In this document: positions 29,387-39,800 of the stretch, one piece after another
Position numbering within the stretch: position 1 is the stretch's first letter
Layout of the letters: each line of letters begins with the position of its first letter
Source of the DNA: Bacillota bacterium
GTDB taxonomy: Bacteria; Bacillota; Clostridia; Christensenellales; DTU072
Length of the DNA: 64,000 bases
Reading direction: 5' to 3'
Assembly: GCA_009781445.1 (NCBI GenBank)
Contig: WQYD01000001.1
Location: forward strand, 4,960-68,959
Made by a program: the position numbers and the translations under genes
Notes under the pieces: model-generated
What the model saw: only the letters and a program-made list of their open reading frames with translations
Database searches by the model: none
What the model was told of the DNA's origin: nothing

Positions 29387-30376
29387 GTGGCAACAGTTTT
29401 CTCAAAAACACCTATAGAAGTAGCCTTAGCTTACGCAAAGGAACACTGCCGAACGGCAGGGCTTTTTTGCACCGCCGATAAAAGCCATGAACTTTCTAAA
29501 ACATTTTTAAGCGGTGGGATTACGGTTAATTTAATAGAGGACGGGGATAAGGTTAAAGAACACATAAGGTGCTTAATTGCAGTGGGCGGTGAGGCGGAAG
29601 TGGCAAGGGCAAAGGCACAAAAATCGGATAGGATTCTGATTGTTATTCCCGATTCGGTTTTTAGGGGTTTATACACAAATTTTGCGTGTATGGGATACCA
29701 ATACGAAGAAACAGGTAGCCCCGATATGGTAATTTTTAACAGTAGCGATTCAAACACCCGCAGTAAAAGCCTAATAAATTGCGCCTTTTCTTTGCTTACG
29801 GATTTAATTGATTTTTATAGCCACAGCTTAAATTTACCGCCTGTGTTTACCCAGTTAAAGCAAATGCTTTTATCGGCTTTAATCAATCCTTTGCCATTTG
29901 AAAGCGGGGTAAAAATTTGCGAAAACGCACAGCAAATTCTTTCAGCGGAAGGCATTAAGGGCGGTTATGAACATTTAAACGCAAGGGGGAATTTCGGTAA
30001 AGACGCGCACGCGGATCGCTTTTATTTATTATATTTAATAAATTTATGCTTTTTACAGTTTACAACCGCCCGCATAAGTGATATTCTTATACGGGGCGAT
30101 TCTGTGCGCGCAAGAGATTGTTTTCCAAAAAACTTCCTTCCTAATGCCACCGTCCGCCACGAACTTCCTAAAACACTTAACGGCATTTTAACCAAAGAGG
30201 AACTTAGTTCCGTGGCAAATGCGTTCAAAAGCGTGTGTGGCGGAAAAATGAAAAGCACAAATTTTAATAAAACCCTAAGGCTTATTGCTTCGGTTTCGTG
30301 CTATCCGAATTGGAACGGCACACTGCCAAGGCTTGCGGACGCAGGGTTTTTAGAAGGAATACTAAGGCAATGTTAA
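29387..30376 (+). CDS. Hypothetical protein (329 aa); weak resemblance to the DHQS/Fe-ADH/glycerol-1-phosphate dehydrogenase-like fold
   Basis: GTG start with no obvious SD. IAVGGEAEVARAK is reminiscent of the GGGxxxDxAK motif. It is translationally coupled (ATGTTAA overlap) to the downstream HAD-IIA gene. Confidence 0.45.
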   Translation: MATVFSKTPIEVALAYAKEHCRTAGLFCTADKSHELSKTFLSGGITVNLIEDGDKVKEHIRCLIAVGGEAEVARAKAQKSDRILIVIPDSVFRGLYTNFACMGYQYEETGSPDMVIFNSSDSNTRSKSLINCAFSLLTDLIDFYSHSLNLPPVFTQLKQMLLSALINPLPFESGVKICENAQQILSAEGIKGGYEHLNARGNFGKDAHADRFYLLYLINLCFLQFTTARISDILIRGDSVRARDCFPKNFLPNATVRHELPKTLNGILTKEELSSVANAFKSVCGGKMKSTNFNKTLRLIASVSCYPNWNGTLPRLADAGFLEGILRQC

Positions 30377-31149
30377 GAGCAGAAATAGACGCAGATGTTT
30401 TTTTGTTTGATTTAGACGGAACTGTTTTTTTGGGCGATACCCCGATTGGGGATTCTTTGAACACGCTTAAAAAACTTGAAGCACTCGGCAAAACTATTTT
30501 CTTCCTTACTAACAACAGCAGTAAGGACAAAAAGGAATATGTAACCAAACTTACAAAACTTGGCTATCCTGCTAAAATTCACCAAATAGTTTCCTCAACC
30601 CTTGCTTCAATTCAATATCTTAAAACGCGTTGCCCCGGGAAAAGCGTGTTTCCCGTTGGCACAAAGGCTTTTGAAAACGAACTTAAGTCCGCAGGAATAG
30701 AAATCAAAGAGGACGGGGCAGATATCCTGCTTCTTGCATTTGACACCACGCTTACTTACGATAAAATTTGGAAAGCAAATGTATTGCTTGAAAAGGGCAA
30801 GGAATTCTTTGCCACTCACCCAGATATTGTTTGCCCTTCGGATATCGGCGATATGCCCGATGTGGGTTCGCTTATGGCACTTCTTGAATGTTCTTCGGGC
30901 AGAGGCCCAAGCGTTATTTGCGGAAAGCCTTATTCACCTATGGCAGAAATTATTGAAAGTTTGGTGAGTGTGCCAAGAGATAGAATTATGATGATCGGGG
31001 ATAGGCTTTACACAGATATCCTCTTTGGCATAAATAACGGTTATAAATCCATGCTTGTGTTTTCGGGCGAAACCACACCCCAAATGCTTGCAGATAGCGG
31101 AATAAAACCCACTTACACACTTCCCACAATTAACGATTTAATAGTATAA
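30370..31149 (+). CDS. HAD-IIA family phosphatase (NagD/AraL-like)
   Basis: DVFLFDLDGTVFLGD (motif I DxDGT), FLTNNSS (motif II) and GDRLYTDILFG (motif IV). ATG at 30370 overlaps the upstream stop. Confidence 0.8.
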   Translation: MLRAEIDADVFLFDLDGTVFLGDTPIGDSLNTLKKLEALGKTIFFLTNNSSKDKKEYVTKLTKLGYPAKIHQIVSSTLASIQYLKTRCPGKSVFPVGTKAFENELKSAGIEIKEDGADILLLAFDTTLTYDKIWKANVLLEKGKEFFATHPDIVCPSDIGDMPDVGSLMALLECSSGRGPSVICGKPYSPMAEIIESLVSVPRDRIMMIGDRLYTDILFGINNGYKSMLVFSGETTPQMLADSGIKPTYTLPTINDLIV

Positions 31150-31190
31150 ATTGGCAATTACGGCTTGCCAAAACGAAAAAAGGAATAAAT

Positions 31191-32648
31191 ATGGTTAAAA
31201 AAATTCTTATAGCAGTAGTATGTTTAGTAATGGTTACGGCAGTCCTTGTTGCCTGTTCGGAAGGCTTTAAGTGGGGTTCAGTTACCACAAGCATTGCGCA
31301 AAATGCAGAAATTGAGGGCAACGGCGGGCTTGCGGTTAGAGTGGGTGGCTACCTTTATTTTATAAACGGTTATGCGGGTAACGATGCCGATAACACTTCG
31401 GGCAATGTTATTAAAGGCGCAATCTGCCGTGTTAAGATAAACGAAGCGGGCGTTATAGACGATAGCAAGATTGAAACTATCGTTCACAAAAATGTTTTCC
31501 ACAAATCCTCAGAACAAGGCATTCAAATAAGCGGTGGATATATTTATTACACAACCCCTTCCGTGGATAAAGATAAAAACGGCAATTTAAGAATTAACGA
31601 AGCGGTGCTAATGAGGACGAAACTTAACGGTAGCGATACGGAAGAGATTAAAGTTTTTAAAGACGATTTTCAAACCACATTCAAAGTTATCGGCAACCGC
31701 TTAATTTATGCAGACGGTAGCAGGTTAAGAGAAATCAACTTAAGCGCGAAAGGCTTCCCCGAAAGGACTGTGGATTCTGATGTAAGCAACATAACAATCC
31801 CCAAATTTGAAGAAAAATATGCTTTAAATGCGCCTCACGCACTTGCCGATACAATTTTTTACACAAAGCAAACCACGGAAAAAAACGCAACTAACAATGA
31901 AATTTGGGCTTACCGCGCTTCCACAGGCGTGAAAAAATGCGTGGTTAAGGGCAATAAAGATTCTTACGGCGAATTCTTATTCACAGAGGACACTTCTCTT
32001 ACTTTCCAGCTTGTGGAAACGGTTTTCCTAAGCGGTGGCAAAATTTGCTTGGTGTACACCCGTGAGGACGCAGGCACCTTTAAATCCACCCGCGCCACAT
32101 TCTCATTCACATTTGACGATAAGTTTGAATTTGACGCCGAAAAAGAAGAACAATATACGCTTAACGACAAAGCATTCACGAACTTTCATTTCTTGAGTGA
32201 TAACTATGCGATAGTAAGCGAATCAGGCACAATCCGCCTAATCAAGAAAGGCGCGGAAATTTGGGAAGAAATCAAACTTCCTGAAACAAGCGGAATTATC
32301 CCCTCAAGCGCATTTGCCACAATTATTAAAATAGACGCAGGCGAAACCGAAAGCGGAAAGGTTATTATTGATTACCTAAGTTCGGATAAGGTTTTCCGTT
32401 TGCATGTTCTTAATATAGACGGCGAAGATTTCGCCCCTGTGTATAACCAAACAAGAGAAATTTTTACAGGTTCAGTATTTACAAACTGGCTTAAAATGCA
32501 AAGAATAGGTAACAACTATTATTTCTTTAACCGCAATCTTCTTAATTATGCTTACTACGCAACCCCCAACACGGATAGCGAACTTGCAAAGCCAAAGCTA
32601 CTATCAAAAATTGATCCTGCGGATTGGGAAGCGGTTTTGAATGCCTAA
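31191..32648 (+). CDS. Lipoprotein, beta-propeller-like (DUF5050-like) repeats
   Basis: AAGGA SD sequence. Signal peptide with lipobox LVAC. Recurrent GGYLYFIN / GGYIYYTT / NRLIYAD motifs. Confidence 0.6.
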   Translation: MVKKILIAVVCLVMVTAVLVACSEGFKWGSVTTSIAQNAEIEGNGGLAVRVGGYLYFINGYAGNDADNTSGNVIKGAICRVKINEAGVIDDSKIETIVHKNVFHKSSEQGIQISGGYIYYTTPSVDKDKNGNLRINEAVLMRTKLNGSDTEEIKVFKDDFQTTFKVIGNRLIYADGSRLREINLSAKGFPERTVDSDVSNITIPKFEEKYALNAPHALADTIFYTKQTTEKNATNNEIWAYRASTGVKKCVVKGNKDSYGEFLFTEDTSLTFQLVETVFLSGGKICLVYTREDAGTFKSTRATFSFTFDDKFEFDAEKEEQYTLNDKAFTNFHFLSDNYAIVSESGTIRLIKKGAEIWEEIKLPETSGIIPSSAFATIIKIDAGETESGKVIIDYLSSDKVFRLHVLNIDGEDFAPVYNQTREIFTGSVFTNWLKMQRIGNNYYFFNRNLLNYAYYATPNTDSELAKPKLLSKIDPADWEAVLNA

Positions 32649-32657
32649 AGGCATTTT

Positions 32658-32998
32658 AAAGGGCATAGGGTTTAGGGCATAGGGCATAGGGGTGGATTCT
32701 AAATCTAATTAATAATTCCGCAAGAACCCCGCAGGGGTGAAATGTGCATAACCCCGTGCAAGCGAAAGCGTAGCGCGGGGAAATGGAACAGAATATGATT
32801 CTATAAAAAACACCGCCCCCTTCAGCCATGGGCTGAAGGGGGCGGTGTTTTGATTTGTGTGTGGCTTATGCCGTTTGTGCCGTGGGTTTCACCCACGGTT
32901 ATGCAAATCGCGCCCCTTTGGGGGCTTTATGCGGATTGACTAATAATGAGATTTAGAATCCACCCCTATGCCCTATGCCCTAAACCCTATGCCCTTTA
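32658..32998. repeat. Large composite palindrome: ~65-bp inverted arms ([CATAGGG/TTTAGGG]x4+core) flanking GC-rich imperfectly inverted segments and a central terminator hairpin
   Basis: The left arm (32658-32722) is close to the reverse complement of the right arm (32930-32997). Cores at 32691-32713 and 32941-32964. Confidence 0.9.
32805..32852. terminator. Bidirectional intrinsic terminator (17-bp stem) at the centre of the composite palindrome
   Basis: CACCGCCCCCTTCAGCC-ATG-GGCTGAAGGGGGCGGTG, flanked by A6 and T4. Confidence 0.85.
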
Positions 32999-33026
32999 AA
33001 AAAGCCACCTCTCAGGTGGCTTTTTC
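32997..33026 (-). terminator. Intrinsic terminator of the zinc-ribbon gene
   Basis: AGCCACC (33003-33009) pairs with GGTGGCT (33015-33021), with flanking A and T runs. Confidence 0.8.
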
Positions 33027-33027
33027 A

Positions 33028-33531
33028 TTAGTCTTCCTCTTCCTCGTCCTCAAAGTCGTCTTCGTCATCGTCTTCGTCCTCGTCTTCGTCAAGAAGTCCG
33101 TCCATGCCGTCTAAGTCAAGATCGGGATCAATTTCGCTTTCCATATTTTCCTCGTCCTCAAATTCTTCTTCCTCAAAGCTTTCCTCTTCTTCCTTAAATT
33201 CTTCAAGCGAAACTTCGTCTGGCGGTAAAATATCGTCATCAAGCGGATCGCCTTCCAAGAGTTCGTCCTCGGCAGGGGTAACAGTATCTTCCCATTCTTC
33301 CACTTCGGTTTTCTTGCGCTTGTCTATCGCGTCTGCGCAGTGTTCGCAGTATTTTTCACCGTCACCAAGATAGTTTTGCTTGCACCTCGGGCAAAGTTCG
33401 CCTTCGCCTTCGTCATCAAGATCTATGTGGAAATTTAGCCCCCTCATTTCAAGTTTGCAAACTTCGCAGTAGTCCGTTTCATAAGGAATGTAATTTATTT
33501 CGCACCTTGGGCATTTTTTGAACTTAGGCAT
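33028..33531 (-). CDS. Double zinc-ribbon protein with a highly acidic C-terminal tail
   Basis: CPRC...CEVC and CPRC...CEHC pairs, followed by a D/E-rich tail. Terminator at 32997-33026. Confidence 0.7.
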   Translation of the reverse strand: MPKFKKCPRCEINYIPYETDYCEVCKLEMRGLNFHIDLDDEGEGELCPRCKQNYLGDGEKYCEHCADAIDKRKKTEVEEWEDTVTPAEDELLEGDPLDDDILPPDEVSLEEFKEEEESFEEEEFEDEENMESEIDPDLDLDGMDGLLDEDEDEDDDEDDFEDEEEED

Positions 33532-33764
33532 CTTTCCTCTCGCTTTTTTCGTTGCTTCCTTAAAAGGATATCGTTAATCCGTTTTTTTATGCAGATTTAC
33601 GCAAAGATATAATATTTATATTGAAAGCAAATGTCAACAGTTTTTACATAATTTTTTTGCAATCTTTTGGCTTTTTTGCGGGCTTGATTAGTTGGGATTT
33701 TTTGGGCGCGCGTATATAATAAACAAATGCGCGTATTATTTAAATAAAAGAATAGTAAAAATAA

Positions 33765-33793
33765 TGGATATTCGCGTGCGCGTATGGTACAAT
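33765..33793 (+). promoter_or_regulatory. Extended -10 promoter (TGGATA-17-TGgTACAAT) for the 2027-aa gene
   Basis: TG at 33785-33786 and TACAAT at 33788-33793. Confidence 0.45.
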
Positions 33794-33847
33794 ATGTATC
33801 GTAACCTCGTTAGTTTTAGCGGTGTTGCGCTGAGAAAGTCGGTAATA

Positions 33848-36800
33848 ATGGCAATAAACAGGCAAATATTTAAAAAAACTGCAATCGCTTTAATAATTTT
33901 GGTTATTTCAGCGTTAATTCTCGCTATCGGCGCATTTTCCGCCGGTAGTTTTTCTGCAAACGCAAACACCTCTGCAAATATACCCGTTTTCACACTCGGC
34001 GCTTGGAACACCGCAGATTCAGGCGGTTCGGGCGGTGAAGTTAAAATAGGTGAGTACATAAACGGTGCGTGCGTAACGCGTGCGCCTATAATCGGCTTTG
34101 CGCTTGAAAAGGATTCAAACGGCAGGCTTGTTATTGGTTCAATGAATGTGCCTTTTGTGCAATTTCAGTACGCGGAAAGAGAAACAATCGGCGTTCCCTC
34201 AAGAGAAGAAGATTGGATTCCGTTCGGCGATTGGTTTGCGGATCCCGATACGGGCGAACTTGAAATATCTTCCTCATTTTTTATCGGTGGCAGAGAATTT
34301 TATAAATCGTACATTTATTTCCGTGCTGTTTTCAATAACTCAATCAGCAGGGTAACTTTTATTTGTGAAGAATTTTTAAACCTTGTGGTTGATTCAACCG
34401 CAAACCCCGATAATTACTCTATCGCAAGCGTAACCGCCACTTATGAATCCGAATTCGGCGATGCGCCGTTGCCGTATAATAAGGACACACACCCTTGGGT
34501 AGGCGGTGCAATTACTTTTAGAATAACCACCAAAAGCCCCAATACCCCCGTGAATATCATTTACACGCTTGAGGGTAGCGTGCAGGCAGACGGCACGGTT
34601 AAAGATCCCGAATGGCTTTATAACGCAGTTGAACATAAGGACGAATTCGGCGTTACATATTACACAGTAACCGTTAACGAAACTTTTAGCGGTGATGTTA
34701 TATTTGCTTCGCAAAGCGTGGGCGGGGATTATACCACCGCCATTATTGAACATTATTTTACAATAAGGGTGGATTTGCGCTATCCTGCCTTCCGCGTTTC
34801 CGCTTATATGTTGCAAAATGTGTACGGCGATGTTACCCTTAACCCCGAATATAAGCGCGGAAGCGTTTCCCCTGTTTCGGTGAGATATGTGGTAACCCAA
34901 TTAAATCCGTTTGACGAACACGATAACGAAATCACCGATCCAAGAAGAAAGGGTTCTGATGCCAAGTTCTTCGTTTCCACAGGCGAAAGAAACCTTGGCG
35001 AATTCGTGTGGCACGAAATGGAACGCACAGGAACAGAAGGCAATTATGTTTATTTCTTTACAGCTAATCAATCCTTACCTATAATTTTATTCAGGGGGGA
35101 AAGTTCGGCAGGGAAGTGTAGCACCAAAGATCCTTCAATGAATGTTAGTGAATATAGCTTTGAAGCACGGATAGATACCCGCACCCCCCAAATAAATGTT
35201 ACCGCCACGGATGCCACAAGCACCGCGGTTCGCCCCCTCGGCACGGTAGTTGGGGATAATTCAAAGGTGGGCTACGCTACCGATAGAGTTAATTTCCGAA
35301 TCCAGCTTTCAAACACAAGCGCGGAAACAAGGAATATTTACACCGTTTCAATCCACCTTTCAAGGGACGGCGGTGCTTCGTACGAACTTATAGGCAACAT
35401 AAATCCAAGCAACCCCGGCGCGGAAGTTACGATAGTGTTCAATGCGCCTGTAATCGGTGGCGAATTTTTATTTGAAGCGCGTTCAAGCGCACACATTCCC
35501 AATCTTATTGAAAGAAAGAGTTCGGTTAACTTCGGGGTATCCGTGCTAAAAAGCGGTTACCAAATGGTTTTGCACCAACAGCCCAATATTAACTTCGCCA
35601 TTTGGCAAAAAGATGCTATTGAACTTTATTTCAGAGTTCCCAACTTATTTACTAACCATGCTGACGCAGTAAAGGAATATTCGTTTCACCGCCGTGTGGC
35701 TGGGGCATCGGGGGATACAGGCGTAAGGGTTGATAACGCGGAATGGATTTCGTTTTATGAAGAAAACGAAGAGAGGTTCTCAGTATTTAAGGTTCTTATT
35801 GATATATCCTTAAATTCCGAACGCATTGAATTTTACGCAAGGGACGGCGCACGAAATATATCAAACGCTTACCAAACACCGCTAACACGGCTTGATCTTG
35901 AAGTGCCTAAAGCGGAAATTAACAGCTATCTTTACGGCGATACCACAAATAAACCACTTGGCGCAAACGATTGGGCAAGCGGTAGGGTGGAAATAAGGCT
36001 TACCCCGCTTTCTGAAAATATTTCGGGCTTAAGGTGCTTTGTGTGGGAATGGATTAACTATTCAGACGGCAGAGGCTTAAAAGCGCAGGAATTACCGCTT
36101 GTTGGCGGGCAATTTGTGTACTCAATCGCGCTTGCTGGCACATATTGGTTTATCGTGGAAAGCGGTGCAGGGCATTTTGTGCATAAAAGCACGGTAATTA
36201 ACATTGATTCAAGCCAAATAACCTTTGACGAAATCAAAGTTTTCGGGCTTGATTGGTCTGGAACTTTGCCAGAAGAAAAGCAATTTGACACAGTGAGAAG
36301 CGGTATTACCTTCACACTTACGAACAAACTTGGCGCAGGCGCAACGGTTGAATTTGAAACAAACCAAAAAGGGCGGTTCACATTCTATTGGGAAATGTCT
36401 AATTCCATTCAAGGATTCACAGGGGATTATACCCACGAAACGAATAGAGAACATTTTATAATTAACCCTTCGCTTTTCCCTCAATTGGAAGGAACGGTGT
36501 TCTTTGCTTTTGTGCTTGAATCGCGCGCGGTGGACAGGTTCGGAACTAAAAGCGAATCCGAAAGGCTTATTCTCAGAATAGATTATGATCTTGAGGGCTT
36601 TAGCATTGCTTTAAGGGCGCAAACCGATTCAGGCTGGCAGTTTGAACCTATAGAATTCAGAATTGATATAATTTCTGCCACAGATATAAGCATTTCCGCA
36701 TTCCAATTCAGGCTTATTCCAAATAGCGGTGCAATCGGAAATTGGCGCGGTGCGGATAGGAAAGAAAGCAATCCCAATTCCCCTTGGCATTATGAAGTTA

Positions 36801-39800
36801 GCGGGCAATCAATTTATTTCACATTTGCAGGCGTGGATTACGGCTTGCCTCATATGCCCAATGTGCCTCAAGGTTCTGCCCCCCCGCGCGGGTTTAACGG
36901 GCATTTGGAATTTAGGGCAATTAACACAGCAGGCACGCTAAGCGATAATCCCGTGCTAACCCAGCAAGAGGTTTTAATAGACGATTCTGTGCCTAATCCC
37001 TTTTACGCAATCGTAAAAACGGGTGAAATCGTGCATAATTTGGACATTTGGGAAATTCATTCTTTTGCAACCGTCCGCTATGAAAACCCCCGAAATTCAG
37101 CAAGTAGCCCCTTAAGGCATTATGCACCTGTGGATTATTATTTCATGCCTGTGGCGGATAGCCCCACCGTTCCTTCACCTATAGACATTCGCAAAGAAGA
37201 ATATTTGCTTTCGCAAACAGGCGCAAACCTTGCAGGCGAATTTTATGTGTTTGCCCAAAGCGTACATATATCTAACAGGTTTAGCGATGTGTACCGCGTG
37301 CGCGTGGTATTTGGGTCTGTTATGCCCACTGCAACCTTAAATGCAGTGGGTGGCGGTGCAATAAATGTCGTTACTAATATGATTGAAGTGGATTGGTCTG
37401 AATCCGCCACAATTACCATTCAGGTTTCTTCTTCCACCAAAGTTTATGTTGAGTACAGTATCGGCAACAGAACTGATTGGAAGCAATACCGCTTTGAAGG
37501 CGATATGGCGGTAGACGGAACAGCCCTGCACATTCTTTTCAACCACGACACACTAATCAATCAATTCAAAATGGACGGCGGTATGGATGCCACCATTTAC
37601 TTCCGCGTAAGAAACCTTGCAGGGGCTTATGCCACATTTACCGCGCATGATTCCGTTTGGGTTAAAATGGATGTCCGCACACCCTTCTTCCGCTACGATA
37701 TAACAAATAATGACGGTCAGCATTTAAGTGCAAGCGCGCTTTCGGAATGGCAGAATACACATTTATTTATTAGGCTTTTCCCTGTGGAATCTGCAGAAAG
37801 CGATTCCGCTATTTTAGATCCCAAAACCGCCAACCCCGGCGGGGTAGAATATTTTTACCGCGTGGTAACAAGCGCGTGGTCGCATGAATTTTGGGGAAAA
37901 ACCCCTGGGGACGGAACTTATCTTTCCACAAAAGCCGATCTTGGGTTTAACGGCATAGGAAGTTTCCGCCTATATATCTTGGCAAGGGCAAATAAGTCCT
38001 CTGAAAGCTATGAATTGTATATTGATTTAAAAATTGATACCGTGGAAGCGGATTTTGATATAATCGGCGAAATTGAAGAGGGAAGCCTAAGCAACAGGCG
38101 CACCATAACTTCAGGCACTTGGGTAGCTGTAGACAAGGTGTTTATATCGCTTAAAATGAATCCTCTCTTCACCCCTGTTTCTGAAGTTAAATTCCACATT
38201 CTTGAAACGCAAGATAAGGTTAACCAAATCTCGCTTGAAAATTATCAGGATTGGAATCTTGCCACGCGTGAAATTAACACACTTATAAGGGTGTATGTGG
38301 CAATAAGCAGTTGTAGTGGCAAAAATGTAACGATTAAATACTTTGATGTTAACATTGATAATGTTCCGCCGTCTATAGACGGGGGCGGTATCGTTAACGC
38401 GCTTGACGCGTTCGGAAATATTGATAGGCTTAAGCCAAACACTTATTATATTGATCGCGCAATTACCTTTGTTTGTTCTAACTTAAAGTACGCGCGCTAT
38501 AATAATTTCCCCTTGCAAAACGGGCAAGTTATCGGCACAAATGTGGTGGATAACAGCAACACAGGCGGTATTCCGGGGGGCAAGGGCGGTTATGTTCACA
38601 TTATTGTGGAAAATATGGCAGGGCTTAGGGCAGAACTCATTTTCTATATGGTTCCCTTTGAACTAACCGTGAACACAATTACCACAAGCCCCGAACATGA
38701 GGATTTACTCTATCACTTTGAACGCGAATTTATTTTAAATAGGGATAGCCTCACGGGTTCGCGCCAAGCAATGTTCCTTTCGCAAATCAACCGCCTTAAA
38801 GATAGGGTTGCCACCCTTAAGGCTTTAATAAGGGATTATCAAGCCTTCCTTGATCGTATTGACACGCAAAGCCTCTTCACACTGATAGACGATTACCCCC
38901 AAATGCACGAATATATTAACTATTTCACCACAAGGGACACAAGTATCTTATACCCGAAATGGTTGCAAGATTCCATTAAAGAGGGTGATTATGCAAGGAA
39001 GTTTACCCGCTTTGAACAGCGGTTTGACGAACTTCACCGCCTGCAACGGCGCGTGAACGATGTGCAAAGCGAAGTAGCCCAGCTTCCTGCCACAAATATA
39101 GTGGCGCGTTCGGATTATTCAGCAATTTTAACCGTGTATAATGCGTATCAATCCTTAAACGATATTCAAAAAGGTGTGTTCCTGCCCACATATTTCAATA
39201 AATTGCAAATCCTTTGGCACGAGGTTCATATGCTAAGATTGCAGGTTGAAACTGAGGACGGAACAATAAGCATAGACGGCGATAACCTTGCAGGCACAGC
39301 GTCCCTTGTGGTTTCGCCCAAAGCAAAAACCGCTGAATTTGGCGAAGGTGTGCAAAGAAGTTTGCTTGAAAGTTTTTCGGCAGGCGTTCCGCGCGCGGTT
39401 ATTTTTATCACAGAATTAGGGCTTGAGGGTATCGGTTCAGAGGCAAACACAGGCACGGTAAGAATCAATTTACCTATTCCCGAGGAATTTAGGAACTATA
39501 AAAACTTCACGGTGTACAGGGTAACCACGGATATTTCAATAACCGCAGTAAGCGTAGCCCACCTTGATGCAGGCGGTAACCACATTAGCTTTAGCGTGGC
39601 AAACCTTTACCACCCAAGCAGTATATTTGTGCTTGCGGTTGAAGCGGAAGTGGATAGAATGCCCGCGTCAACTTTGAGTTACGGTTCTATCGGCGATATT
39701 GAAATAGACGGCACGCTTTTAATGTACATAACCTATTCCGCGTCTGCAATGTTTGTTATGTTGCTTGCGGTGGTTATTTTCATGGGCGTTAAGCACAGGG

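Noticed and set aside
32658-32998. Plant-type telomere unit CCCTAAA/TTTAGGG embedded in the CCCTATG arrays.
   Set aside because: It is a single variant unit within a CCCTATG array. That fits a point variant of the heptamer and is not evidence of telomere-like function.
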